From Candidatus Saccharimonadota bacterium (GTDB lineage: Bacteria; Patescibacteriota; Saccharimonadia; Saccharimonadales; SLHW01): a DNA stretch of 36,328 nucleotides. This document shows, piece after piece, positions 15,006 through 24,135 of the stretch (position 1 is its first letter; each line of letters starts with the position of its first letter). Both the position numbers and the translations under genes were made by a program. The notes beneath the pieces were generated by a model that ran no database searches, had not been told where the DNA came from, and saw only the letters and a program-made list of their open reading frames with translations. Where the stretch lies: contig SLHW01000025.1 of assembly GCA_007135955.1 (NCBI GenBank), positions 1-36,328 on the forward strand. The letters are read 5' to 3'.

Positions 15006-15677
15006 ATGCTTACATTAATGAATGCACCACGCTGGCAGCTATCACCAAAAACTATGCCATGGTTGTTATTTGCAGTCGTAGTAACTGTACCAAGCGTAGC
15101 TTGGCTACAGACTTACAACTGGGAGCCAGTGCTCACGATATCAGCAGTCTTTCCGTTACTCGGAGTGCTGGCATGGAGCATTATGTGGACACACTATGCC
15201 TACAGCTGGATGCGCCTACATTACCCTGAGGCCTACTCGGCAAATGCGTTATACGACAAAGTATCCACCTGGCTCGTACTGGGTTTGATATTGTTGCATC
15301 CAGGACTACTGGGCTGGCAACAGTACCGCTTATTTGGTGTCTTGCCACCTGACAGTTTTTATACTGGAATAGCAGAGAATCTGGAGCCTTTTGTAGCCAT
15401 TGGCGCCCTTGCACTGGTTTTATTCCTGATATACGAAGTAGTTCATCGGCTCAGACAAAAGCAAAGCATTCAAAAAATATGGGGTTGGATAAGCCTAAGC
15501 CAGCTGTTAGCAATGGTGCTCATATTCGTACATGGATTACAGGTCGGACAGATAGTGCTGTCTGGCTGGATGATTGGCTGGTGGATAATACTAGGCGTCT
15601 TGCTACTACCTGCGCTCTACAGCACTGCTATAAACGACTGGAAAGTCCAGCAACAAGCAAGTAAAATTCATCCCTAG
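15006..15677 (+). CDS. Hypothetical polytopic membrane protein with intramembrane His residues
   Basis: 223 aa with about 6 TM helices. His residues sit in predicted helices (MWTHYAY, LLHPGLL, IFVHGLQ). A ferric-reductase/MsrQ-like haem b domain is possible but unproven. Confidence 0.5.
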   Translation: MLTLMNAPRWQLSPKTMPWLLFAVVVTVPSVAWLQTYNWEPVLTISAVFPLLGVLAWSIMWTHYAYSWMRLHYPEAYSANALYDKVSTWLVLGLILLHPGLLGWQQYRLFGVLPPDSFYTGIAENLEPFVAIGALALVLFLIYEVVHRLRQKQSIQKIWGWISLSQLLAMVLIFVHGLQVGQIVLSGWMIGWWIILGVLLLPALYSTAINDWKVQQQASKIHP

Positions 15678-15760
15678 GCCTTTTATACTAAGCAGAAATC
15701 GAGAAACAACCACTAAAAAATACATCCTACGATGCTATATCTCTGATACAATATTTGCTA

Positions 15761-16843
15761 ATGAGTAAAAAAGCGAGACAGACAAATCCGTCTAGGCCAC
15801 TTGGCATAGCAGCGCTTATTGCTGTAGGTATCGGTATATTGTTTTTGGCGCCATTCTTTGGCGTAATCGTAACATCCATTATATTAGCGTTCAGCTTTGC
15901 GCCAGTTAATCGCTGGTTTGCCAAGCGAACCAAAAACCCAAATAGCGCACCCGCTCTAACACTGCTCACTGCCTTTCTGCTCCTAATAATTCCCTTGCTG
16001 GCAGTTACTGGAATCACCGTTGCACAAACCCGAATACTCGCTACCGACCTTCAGGAGGTTGTTCAGGGCGTATCAATTGATCGTGATACCCAGCAGTTGG
16101 TTACGAGCTTAAGTGAAAGTATTACAACCTTAAGTGGTGGTGTATTTACGGTGAGCGAAGACGAAGTCATCGAGTACGCGTCTAGCGCCGGTATAGAAAT
16201 TGCCAATACAATACTTACCGGTCTTACCAACCTTATCACTAATACGCCAGCTTTTTTTGCATCTTTCATATTGTTTATATATATCTTTCTCGCAGTACTG
16301 CGATATCAAAAAGATATCCTTCACTTTCTTAAGCGGATTAACCCTCTTGGTGATGATGTGTATGAATTATTCCTGTCAAGGGCAGGTGCTATGACTAACG
16401 GTATGGTTCGCGGTCAACTCTTGATAGCTCTGGCGCAAGGAACTATCGGCATTATTACCTTTGCAATTGCTGGTATGCCCTACTTGGGTTTCTTCTTTTT
16501 GCTGCTCAGCTTCCTATCTATCATTCCGCTGGGAAGCGGTGTTATTAGTTTCCCAGTAGGCTTTATACTGCTCCTAACTGGAAATATCTGGCAAGGCTTA
16601 GTGGTGCTTCTCGGACACCTATTCATTGTGAACAATATCGATAATGTCCTACGGCCAATTCTAATACCGAAGGAGGCTCGGCTTCCAGCAGCCCTGATAC
16701 TTATTGGTGTTTTTGCTGGACTGGCAATCTTTGGATTCCTTGGGTTGTTTATTGGCCCGGTGCTTCTTATTTTGCTGCTAACTACACTTGAGGTATATGC
16801 CGCAAGTAAAGAGACTGAAAAACTAGCTCTTCAAAATAAATGA
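15761..16843 (+). CDS. AI-2E family transporter (PerM/UPF0118)
   Basis: Track ORF starts at a TTG at 15755; I prefer the ATG at 15761. It is polytopic and has the NNIDNVLRPILI motif. TACAAT (15747-15752) lies 8 nt upstream of the ATG. Confidence 0.8.
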   Translation: MSKKARQTNPSRPLGIAALIAVGIGILFLAPFFGVIVTSIILAFSFAPVNRWFAKRTKNPNSAPALTLLTAFLLLIIPLLAVTGITVAQTRILATDLQEVVQGVSIDRDTQQLVTSLSESITTLSGGVFTVSEDEVIEYASSAGIEIANTILTGLTNLITNTPAFFASFILFIYIFLAVLRYQKDILHFLKRINPLGDDVYELFLSRAGAMTNGMVRGQLLIALAQGTIGIITFAIAGMPYLGFFFLLLSFLSIIPLGSGVISFPVGFILLLTGNIWQGLVVLLGHLFIVNNIDNVLRPILIPKEARLPAALILIGVFAGLAIFGFLGLFIGPVLLILLLTTLEVYAASKETEKLALQNK

Positions 16844-17808
16844 TTCCACCCAATCAGTCAAACAGGCCACTCATTAAAGATACTAAAGTTGTTGGTACAT
16901 CATTTGTAGTAAGCATCTCTGATGTCTTGATAAACGCTGTTGTGGCTGCCGTCACCGGAAGTGTTGTTATGTTGTCACAGGCGCTGCAAGGCTTTTCTGA
17001 TCTTGTTACAACCGGCTTACTTTACCGTGGAGTAAAGGTCAGCAAGCGTAAGCGTGACGAAAAGCATCATTTTGGCTATGGCAGAGAATTATTTTTTTGG
17101 GTGATTATTGCTGGAGTGTTCATGTTTTTTGGTACTGGTATGTTGTCAGTATATTTTGGCCTGCAGCAAATACTTAACCCACAACCACTTGATGATATTT
17201 CAATTGCAATAGTGGTGTTAATAATCAGTTTAGTAGCTAATTCGTACGCCTTCTCACTGAGCGTACGACGGCTAAAGCACAGCTCAGCCAAAACATCCCT
17301 CATACAGCACATCCGCTCATCATCGATGATTGAAACCAAATCAACATTTTTAATAGATTTCCTAGGAACCCTTGCGGCCATAATTGGCCTCATTGCAATA
17401 TCTTCATTCATACTAACCGGAAACAGCCAATTCGATGGTCTTGGTGGATTAACAATTGGGCTTTTAATGATGATAGGCTCAATTATGATTATCACAGACG
17501 TAAAAGGTTTAATTGTTGGACGAGCCGTGTCACGAGAGGTAGCTCAAAAGATAAATGTTGCTGCGCTCAGCGTTCAGCATGTTGAGAGGATACTTGATTT
17601 ACGAACAACCTATATTGGTTCTGCAAGGTTACTTATTATTATCGAGGTGCATCTTGACGATCACCTAACTACAAACGAAATCGAGCTCATAAGTGATGAG
17701 ATTAAGTCAGCCATTAAGCTAGATGTCCCTCATGCCCATATCATACAAGTTGAAATTGAGACACCTGACGAAGAGCTAAATCTAGCGGGAAACAGAGAAA
17801 AGCTATGA
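16840..17808 (+). CDS. Cation diffusion facilitator (CDF) family transporter
   Basis: 322 aa. HHFGYGRELFFW follows TM2, there are six TM helices, and a C-terminal cytoplasmic domain is present. It has an ATGA overlap with the upstream gene. Confidence 0.8.
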   Translation: MIPPNQSNRPLIKDTKVVGTSFVVSISDVLINAVVAAVTGSVVMLSQALQGFSDLVTTGLLYRGVKVSKRKRDEKHHFGYGRELFFWVIIAGVFMFFGTGMLSVYFGLQQILNPQPLDDISIAIVVLIISLVANSYAFSLSVRRLKHSSAKTSLIQHIRSSSMIETKSTFLIDFLGTLAAIIGLIAISSFILTGNSQFDGLGGLTIGLLMMIGSIMIITDVKGLIVGRAVSREVAQKINVAALSVQHVERILDLRTTYIGSARLLIIIEVHLDDHLTTNEIELISDEIKSAIKLDVPHAHIIQVEIETPDEELNLAGNREKL

Positions 17809-18482
17809 ACCGAGAAAGGGTACAATTTTTCATATTTGTAGTTATCATAGTTACTGCGTTTGTTTTAGTTGACCGCTTTGATGTATTTGGAAAAGAGAAC
17901 ATCGAGCTTTGGCAACAGTGGATTAATTCTCTTGGATTGCTCGCACCAGTTGGATTTACTGTTATCTATACCATTGGATCGATGCTCTTCTTGCCCGGTA
18001 CAATATTCACCCTTTTGGGCGGAGCAGCATTCGGTGTATTCTGGGGTAGCGTCTTAAGTATAATAGCTTCAACTACCGGTGCTATTGCAGCCTATTGGAT
18101 TGCTCGAAAATTAGGAAAAACTACCGTGGATGCATTCGTTGAAAACAAGTTTAAGCGTATCACCGACTATAACGACCAGGTTGAAAAAAATGGTTTCCTG
18201 ACTGTTTTACTACTAAGAATTACCCCGCTCATTCCTTATAATGGCCTGAACTTTGCGCTCGCTTACTCCCCAGTTCGCTTACGAGACTATGCACTAGCAA
18301 CCCTAATCGGCAATGCACCAAGCATTGTTGCCTATGTGTATCTTGGTGAAGCAATTGCATCGTTATCTGCTACCAATATCACGTATGCCGTTATTGGCAT
18401 TGCTGTCTATATGCTACTAACCTGGCGCTTGGCCAAGCGACTAAACCAACCAGCTAACGATAAAAATCAGCCTCAAGGCTAA
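17805..18482 (+). CDS. TVP38/TMEM64 (DedA-related) membrane protein
   Basis: 225 aa. Motifs are LPGTIFTLLGGAAFG and RITPLIPYNGLNFALAYSPVRLRDY. It has an ATGA overlap with the CDF gene. Confidence 0.8.
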   Translation: MNRERVQFFIFVVIIVTAFVLVDRFDVFGKENIELWQQWINSLGLLAPVGFTVIYTIGSMLFLPGTIFTLLGGAAFGVFWGSVLSIIASTTGAIAAYWIARKLGKTTVDAFVENKFKRITDYNDQVEKNGFLTVLLLRITPLIPYNGLNFALAYSPVRLRDYALATLIGNAPSIVAYVYLGEAIASLSATNITYAVIGIAVYMLLTWRLAKRLNQPANDKNQPQG

Positions 18483-18848
18483 TTTTCTGTTAGACTAGAA
18501 TTCAGTTTAAAGACTAGCGGCCCTGATAATATCTTGCCTACGTGTCACAAGCGATCCTGTTGTAGCCCTTGCACCAATATAAAACTACTCGCCACAGTAA
18601 GTATTAAAACGATTATCCTAAAAAGAGTAGCGGTAAGCGCTATAGAGACTTAGCCAGTAAATGTATGTAAAGGGTAGTAACTAGGTTAGAAAAGTTACCC
18701 GTGAAATATTAAATTGCATTAGTTATTAAGAGCTGACTAGAAAGATAAGCAATCTCATTCTGGTAGCTTACTACAAAAGAAAACCTACCGGCATATTTTA
18801 TCGACAGGTGCTTCATTTGCATAGACTTGCTAAGGTATAATAAAGCAT

Positions 18849-19601
18849 ATGCCTCAAAAATATTGCACCAACTGCGGTAAGACAATTCATAAATCAGCCA
18901 ACTACTGCCAGTTCTGTGGTGCTGCTCAACAATGGTTTGAAGCATTAGCCCAACAGGCGATAGCCAAGCAATCTGTTCTCAATCAGGCTACTGAAATCCA
19001 TGATAACCACCAGAAGGCTACGGACCATGATCATACTCGTAATCACGATTCGGGCGAGCCTAAAAATACTGAGAAGAAACAAAAAACTATCGAAAAACAA
19101 CGGCTTTGCCAACGAGCTGTTTGGTCATTTTATTTAAGTTATATTGCCAAGACAAGCCTGCTGTTCTTTCTATTTGTTGTCGGCGTTGTATTTGAGCCAT
19201 TGTTGTTTGGTTTATTGCTCGGAGCCTATCTCATTATCTTATACCTAATTGCTATCACGGTGCATCAAAATTACTATTACGAAGTGAACACTTCAGCTTT
19301 TCGTAAAGAGTATGGCGTTGTACACAAAACTGACGTTACTATTCCATTCAACCGAATCCAGAATGTCAATATCACTCGCAGTCTGAGCGATAGAGTCTTG
19401 GGTCTTGCGCGGGTGGACATTGAGAGCGCCGGTAGCTCATCGACAACTAGCCGTAGTGTTGGAGGCGGTAGTAGCACTAAGTCTGAAGGCCACTTGCCTG
19501 GCGTGACTATTCCGCAAGCCAAGGCTATACACGATCTGCTAATTGAAAAATTTGGTGACTTTCAGCAATACCCGGGATCTGCTAACTCAGGCAACCCGTA
19601 G
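18849..19601 (+). CDS. Zinc-ribbon plus membrane-flanked bacterial PH (bPH_2/YdbT-like) domain protein
   Basis: 250 aa. The zinc ribbon is CTNCGKTIHKSANYCQFCG. Two TM helices are followed by FRKEYGVVHKTDVTIPFNRIQNVNITRSLSDRVLGLARVDIESAG. TATAAT (18836-18841) lies 7 nt before the ATG. Confidence 0.7.
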   Translation: MPQKYCTNCGKTIHKSANYCQFCGAAQQWFEALAQQAIAKQSVLNQATEIHDNHQKATDHDHTRNHDSGEPKNTEKKQKTIEKQRLCQRAVWSFYLSYIAKTSLLFFLFVVGVVFEPLLFGLLLGAYLIILYLIAITVHQNYYYEVNTSAFRKEYGVVHKTDVTIPFNRIQNVNITRSLSDRVLGLARVDIESAGSSSTTSRSVGGGSSTKSEGHLPGVTIPQAKAIHDLLIEKFGDFQQYPGSANSGNP

Positions 19602-19605
19602 ATAA

Positions 19606-20295
19606 CTAGTCATCTGTATTGCTTGTAGCTGTTGAGGTTACTAAGAAATAATTACTAACAATACCGACTACAGTTCCAATTAAAGCAAGCCCAAATATCA
19701 TCAAGACCATAGCAATCACCCGACCTTCTAGTGTCAGCGGGTATATGTCACCATAGCCGACGCTCGTCGCAGTCACTATCGCCCACCAGGTGGCGTCAAA
19801 GAAACTATCAACATCAGGATTAGTTGCTTGTTCAAATTGATAAAAGCTAGCTGCCCCAGTGAAAACGATGATGGTAGCAAAAAGCGCGATAAAAATATAA
19901 CGCGAACTGTGTCGTGATACTAATTCAGTCCGCTCGCTTAATGCTTTAATTCGAGCATACAGTCGAACAATACGGAGTAATCGCAGTAGTTGAATTGAGC
20001 GGAGTGCCTGAAAGGTAGTTTGTGTTACTGGTATCGAAGCTAGTAATAGGTACCAGTTTTTTTGAAAATACTTTTTCTTGTCGTTTGCCATAGCTAATTC
20101 GTATCCAAAATCAGCGAGGAAAATCATTGCGATAATCAGATCTAGTGCATATACCAATCTAGTTTGTTCGGTAGCTAATTCTAAGCTTAGCTCTAGTATC
20201 AACAGCCCTGCGGAAAGTAGTGCCAATGTAGCAATTACAAGATCCCGCCAAAGCGACTGTCGATGCGGCAAAAGCTGTACCACTAATGATTTCAT
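19606..20295 (-). CDS. Voltage-sensor-containing K+ channel (Kv/KvAP-like)
   Basis: 229 aa. The S4-like helix is LRSIQLLRLLRIVRLYARIK and the selectivity filter is TSVGYGD. Confidence 0.85.
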   Translation of the reverse strand: MKSLVVQLLPHRQSLWRDLVIATLALLSAGLLILELSLELATEQTRLVYALDLIIAMIFLADFGYELAMANDKKKYFQKNWYLLLASIPVTQTTFQALRSIQLLRLLRIVRLYARIKALSERTELVSRHSSRYIFIALFATIIVFTGAASFYQFEQATNPDVDSFFDATWWAIVTATSVGYGDIYPLTLEGRVIAMVLMIFGLALIGTVVGIVSNYFLVTSTATSNTDD

Positions 20296-20348
20296 TACCT
20301 ATAGTGTAGCAAACCTTAAGGATAATTCGGCTACTTTGACAATCCAAT

Positions 20349-20723
20349 TCAATTCGGGAACGATTTAGTCATGCCGCTCAGGGCAATGACACCCATCGAT
20401 TGCGTCTTCGCTGCTTCCGACTCAGGGAAAAAATTAGACATTTCCTCCATTATTGCTCCAGTGTTTGGCCGGAAGTCAGGGTTGGCTTCTTGCACCATAT
20501 AAACAAAGTCTGCCACCATAGCTTGTGCCTGATCTGGACATTCGATACCATATACCCTCAACAAATCTGGCAACATCTGCTCGACTTGCCTGGTATCAGC
20601 ACTGTCGTAGAGTTGACTCTCTTCTTTTACTCTTGCTGGTTCCGCCAACTCAACTACTTCGCTTGAATCGCCCAGAGTAGGCCGAGTAGTCCTTGCTTCG
20701 AAACTTGCTTCATGAAAACCCAT
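20349..20723 (-). CDS. Hypothetical acidic protein
   Basis: 124-aa ORF with a strong AGGAGG RBS. I recognise no family. Confidence 0.6.
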   Translation of the reverse strand: MGFHEASFEARTTRPTLGDSSEVVELAEPARVKEESQLYDSADTRQVEQMLPDLLRVYGIECPDQAQAMVADFVYMVQEANPDFRPNTGAIMEEMSNFFPESEAAKTQSMGVIALSGMTKSFPN

Positions 20724-20744
20724 ACTATTTCCTCCTTATAAATT

Positions 20745-20779
20745 AAAAAACTCCGAGTTTCTTGGTTGAAACTTCGGAG
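20745..20779 (-). terminator. Rho-independent terminator directly upstream of the RBS of the 20349..20723 gene
   Basis: The - strand reads CTCCGAAGTTTC-aaccaa-GAAACTCGGAG (one bulged base) followed by TTTTTT. AGGAGG follows 8 nt after the T-run. Confidence 0.65.
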
Positions 20780-20899
20780 GATGTATTTTGTTTTACTTAC
20801 TTATGTATTTATGAAGCTTCAACCATAGCAATATCACCAATTAGCTCAATAATAATTGCTAGTAACTGGTGAAAGGCTGTTGTAGCATTCATGTCATAA

Positions 20900-20928
20900 G
20901 TTATACGCAATTAAAGGTTCGTGGTCAA
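20900..20928 (-). promoter_or_regulatory. Sigma70-type promoter in the 20724-20985 spacer
   Basis: The - strand reads TTGACC (20923-20928), 17 nt, TATAAC (20900-20905). Confidence 0.5.
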
Positions 20929-20985
20929 GCTTATTATATTTTAGAGTGAATAACCTTAGAAGAATGCATGAAATATATTGAGAGT

Positions 20986-21291
20986 TTAGAAGTGCCCTAT
21001 TTCTTTTTGGATAGTGGCTTCGTACTCAGGAAAATATCTAGAGATAACCGGCAGATCGAATTCAGCAAGGATTGACTCTTTTGGTTCGCGTTCGAGCAAA
21101 AAATGAAATGATTGAATTATTACCGTCTCGACTGACGCTGCTCCATTGGTCAATTCTTCAAAATAACTCCTTGAAATATGAACACTATGCTCAGTCTTGG
21201 ATCCGTCTGGTGAAGCAACGACAACCTTAAAAATCGCCCCTGGAAAATCTTGCTGCTGAGTAACTGTCACCGTATGATCTGAGCTATTCAA
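20986..21291 (-). CDS. Conserved-looking hypothetical protein, probably translationally coupled to purA
   Basis: Track ORF 20986..21333 starts at TTG and overlaps purA by 50 nt. An in-frame TTG at 21291 has GGGA 8 nt upstream and overlaps the purA stop by 8 nt. The C-terminal motif is FHFLLEREPKESILAEFDLPVISRYFPEYE. The start is uncertain. Confidence 0.55.
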   Translation of the reverse strand: MNSSDHTVTVTQQQDFPGAIFKVVVASPDGSKTEHSVHISRSYFEELTNGAASVETVIIQSFHFLLEREPKESILAEFDLPVISRYFPEYEATIQKEIGHF

Positions 21292-22573
21292 CTTTCGTAT
21301 CCCGCTTGATGGTTTGATTACGATCTGGCCCAACCGATACTATTGAAATTGGTAGTTTAAGTTCGTCTTCAATTAATGTAATGTAGTCTTTCATTGTATT
21401 CGGTAAATCATTCCACTCTTTTGCTGATGTGACATCCTCTTGCCAGCCAGTAACCGCTTGATATGCCGGACTGACTGTCGACTGACTTACGTCATAAGGA
21501 AAAGAGTTGGTGACTTCTCCATTTACTCCATTGTAGGCAGTTGCAATCTGTAGCGTATCAAAGCCAGACAGTACATCACCCTTCATCATAAATAATTTTG
21601 TGACTCCATTAATCATGCAGGCGTACCGCAGAGCGACTAGGTCAAGCCAACCACAGCGACGTTCCCGACCGGTAGTTGCGCCAAACTCGTGGCCATTCTT
21701 TTGGATAGTTTCGCCTGTTTCGTCAAAAAGCTCAGATGGGAATGGTCCTCCGCCAACCCGAGTACAATACGCCTTGAAAACTCCGAAGACGTCACCAATA
21801 GCACTCGGTGGCACCCCTAGGCCAGTACAAACACCGCCTGTGATGGTATGCGAAGAAGTGACGTAGGGATATGACCCATAACTTATATCCAGTAAGGTGC
21901 CTTGAGCTCCTTCAGCTAAAACGCGCTTTCCCTTTGAGAGTTGATCATTGAGGAAGTAACTATCGTCGACCTGTGGAATTTCGCGTAGCTGAGTAATCGC
22001 TTCGTGCCACTCGATCATGGCTGACCCTAAATCATATTCGCTATAGTCAAGCCATTCAAGCTGCTGCTGATGGCGATCAATTAGCGCCTGTAGTCGCTCA
22101 TCAAAATCTGGCAAAAGAATGTCACCGACTCGTAGCCCATGTCTAGACACTTTGTCTGTATATGCTGGGCCAATACCACGAAGTGTACTGCCGATTGCCT
22201 GTTTGCCTTTACGCCTCTCATAGGCAGCGTCGAGAAAGCGATGAGTAGGTAAAATCAAGTGAGTTTTTTGCGCAATCTTCAAACGATCTACAATTGAAAA
22301 CCCACCTTCAGCCACCTCGGCAATCTCAGCCGCCAGCACTACTGGATCTAGCACCATGCCATTACCGATTAGGTTGACGGTATTTTCTTGGAAAATCCCT
22401 GAAGGAAGACAGTGAAGTACATACTTCTTGTCATCAAATACAAGTGTGTGACCAGCATTTGGCCCACCCTGAAAACGGACAATTACATCGTATGTAGGAG
22501 CTAAGACATCAACAACCTTGCCCTTGCCTTCATCGCCCCATTGCAACCCCAATAATACGTCTATCTTGCTCAT
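21284..22573 (-). CDS. purA: Adenylosuccinate synthase
   Basis: 429 aa. It has the P-loop GLQWGDEGKGKVVD, plus GGPNAGHT and TTGRERRCGWLD. Confidence 0.97.
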   Translation of the reverse strand: MSKIDVLLGLQWGDEGKGKVVDVLAPTYDVIVRFQGGPNAGHTLVFDDKKYVLHCLPSGIFQENTVNLIGNGMVLDPVVLAAEIAEVAEGGFSIVDRLKIAQKTHLILPTHRFLDAAYERRKGKQAIGSTLRGIGPAYTDKVSRHGLRVGDILLPDFDERLQALIDRHQQQLEWLDYSEYDLGSAMIEWHEAITQLREIPQVDDSYFLNDQLSKGKRVLAEGAQGTLLDISYGSYPYVTSSHTITGGVCTGLGVPPSAIGDVFGVFKAYCTRVGGGPFPSELFDETGETIQKNGHEFGATTGRERRCGWLDLVALRYACMINGVTKLFMMKGDVLSGFDTLQIATAYNGVNGEVTNSFPYDVSQSTVSPAYQAVTGWQEDVTSAKEWNDLPNTMKDYITLIEDELKLPISIVSVGPDRNQTIKRDTKVE

Positions 22574-22597
22574 TAGCTGAAGTATACCAGTTTCGGA

Positions 22598-22840
22598 TTA
22601 AAGTTCGTATTTTTCTGCGTGTTCGTTTAGGCTGCTCAAAAAATCTTTTGCCTGTTTTCGAGTTAAGGCAACTCGAGCTACAACATGCTGCTGATCTGGT
22701 TGTGGCAAAGCCTGAGCAAAAGTAAAGGTCACTACATGCTCATTTGAACCAATCAAGTAAGAATCCGCATACAAAACTGGTGTCTTGCCGGGGTCCATAT
22801 TAAAATTGACGTTGCGTTTTTGAGTTGGCTCATCTGCCAT
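22598..22840 (-). CDS. Small conserved protein, possibly DUF3467-like
   Basis: 80 aa with a GGGAGA RBS. The pattern PVLYADSYLIGSNEHVVTFTFAQ ... ARVALTRKQAKDF resembles what I recall of DUF3467. Confidence 0.5.
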   Translation of the reverse strand: MADEPTQKRNVNFNMDPGKTPVLYADSYLIGSNEHVVTFTFAQALPQPDQQHVVARVALTRKQAKDFLSSLNEHAEKYEL

Positions 22841-22900
22841 AGTACTTTTCTCCCTTAATTATATCCTCTCTTATCCTAGCAGGTTCGCTATACTGATGCT

Positions 22901-23470
22901 ATGGCAAATAAGAAATACATTGATCCAGAGCTCTTGGAAAATGGCGATAGCAGAAACGTTATTGACAAGTATAAAACCTGGAAAGTCTCTGCGATTAAAC
23001 ACGACCTAAGAAAAAAAGCTTTTTCATTGCACGTTGCCATTGAGAATTATCAGCACGACTACAACATCGGCTCAATAGTTAGAACGGCAAATGCCTGTAA
23101 CGTGAGCGGTGTGCACATTATTGGTAAGCGACACTGGAATCGACGTGGCGCTATGGCTACCGAGAAATATCTCGCTGTATATCATCACGCTGCAGTTGCT
23201 GATTTCTTATCCTGGAAAAACACCCATGCAACATCGTTAGCATTGATTGGTATTGACAATATTGATGGCAGCGAACCATTAACAGGTGCACCCCTGCCTG
23301 CTCAGGCAATTTTAGTCTTTGGGCAAGAGGGGCCTGGCCTGTCAGCTGAAATGCAACAAGCCTGTGAGGCATTAGTGGCTATCGAGCAATTTGGTTCAAC
23401 ACGATCAGTCAACGTTGGCGTTGCTGCTGGTATCGTGATGTATGAATGGCTACGCCGAAATGTTCTTTAA
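22901..23470 (+). CDS. SpoU/TrmH-family RNA 2'-O-methyltransferase
   Basis: 189 aa. SPOUT motifs are NIGSIVRTANA, LVFGQEGPGLS and SVNVGVAAGIVMYEW. TATACT (22889-22894) lies 6 nt before the ATG. Confidence 0.85.
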   Translation: MANKKYIDPELLENGDSRNVIDKYKTWKVSAIKHDLRKKAFSLHVAIENYQHDYNIGSIVRTANACNVSGVHIIGKRHWNRRGAMATEKYLAVYHHAAVADFLSWKNTHATSLALIGIDNIDGSEPLTGAPLPAQAILVFGQEGPGLSAEMQQACEALVAIEQFGSTRSVNVGVAAGIVMYEWLRRNVL

Positions 23471-23473
23471 GCG

Positions 23474-23983
23474 CTACTGACCAACATTGTCAGTGTTGAA
23501 GTCAACCAATGGAACATAAGCCTCCCAGGCGGCTTCTTCTGCATCGCTAAGCTCTTGTGCTGCCTTAACCCACTCGCTGACTGTAGCTTCGCTAATAGCA
23601 ACCTCTTCTCCAATATCAAGAAGTGGAGCTCCGGCAGCTTGCGTCAAGTTTGTTTCAACGAATAATATTTGAGCTGATGATAGTGATACGTCAAACTTAA
23701 GACCATACGTCTGTGTTGCTTTGCGCGCCATCAGTGTGTAGGAGTCGCCTGGTTGCGCTACATATTGATACGATACGGAAGCTTCTTCTTCAGTATCTAC
23801 AGCTTCTACATTTTCTTCACTATTGTTCTGTTGCTCTTCTGCTGACTGCTCGTTTTCTTGAACTGATGCATCCAATGGATTTTGAGCATAAAGCTGCTGC
23901 AGTGATGCTGGTGCGAATAACGCAATGAACAGCGATGCAGACAGTACAAACATCCCCGCGTTAATTGCAAGTAGTAATTTCAT
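23474..23983 (-). CDS. Secreted acidic protein with LysM-like domain
   Basis: Track ORF 23474..24007; the ATG at 23983 follows GGGAGA. It has a signal peptide, an E/Q-rich acidic linker, and YVAQPGDSYTLMARKATQTYG...IGEEVAI, which resembles LysM. Confidence 0.6.
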   Translation of the reverse strand: MKLLLAINAGMFVLSASLFIALFAPASLQQLYAQNPLDASVQENEQSAEEQQNNSEENVEAVDTEEEASVSYQYVAQPGDSYTLMARKATQTYGLKFDVSLSSAQILFVETNLTQAAGAPLLDIGEEVAISEATVSEWVKAAQELSDAEEAAWEAYVPLVDFNTDNVGQ

Positions 23984-24135
23984 AATAGATATCTCCCTGC
24001 CCACCACGTTTATTTTTTGCTTGTGCTTTTAGTATAGCAAATTAAAGCACTTAGCCAAACATTAGTCTCTGATAAAAATTGCTGTAATCCTTAATAAAAA
24101 TAACTAACGGAATTAGTGGCCTACAGTTACAATTG

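Noticed and set aside
18483-18848. A 366-nt gene-free spacer between the TVP38 gene and the Zn-ribbon/bPH gene, a possible sRNA or riboswitch.
   Set aside because: I found no convincing terminator, conserved-looking helix, repeat or small ORF by eye. Only the promoter of the downstream gene is supportable. It needs Rfam or RNA-seq.
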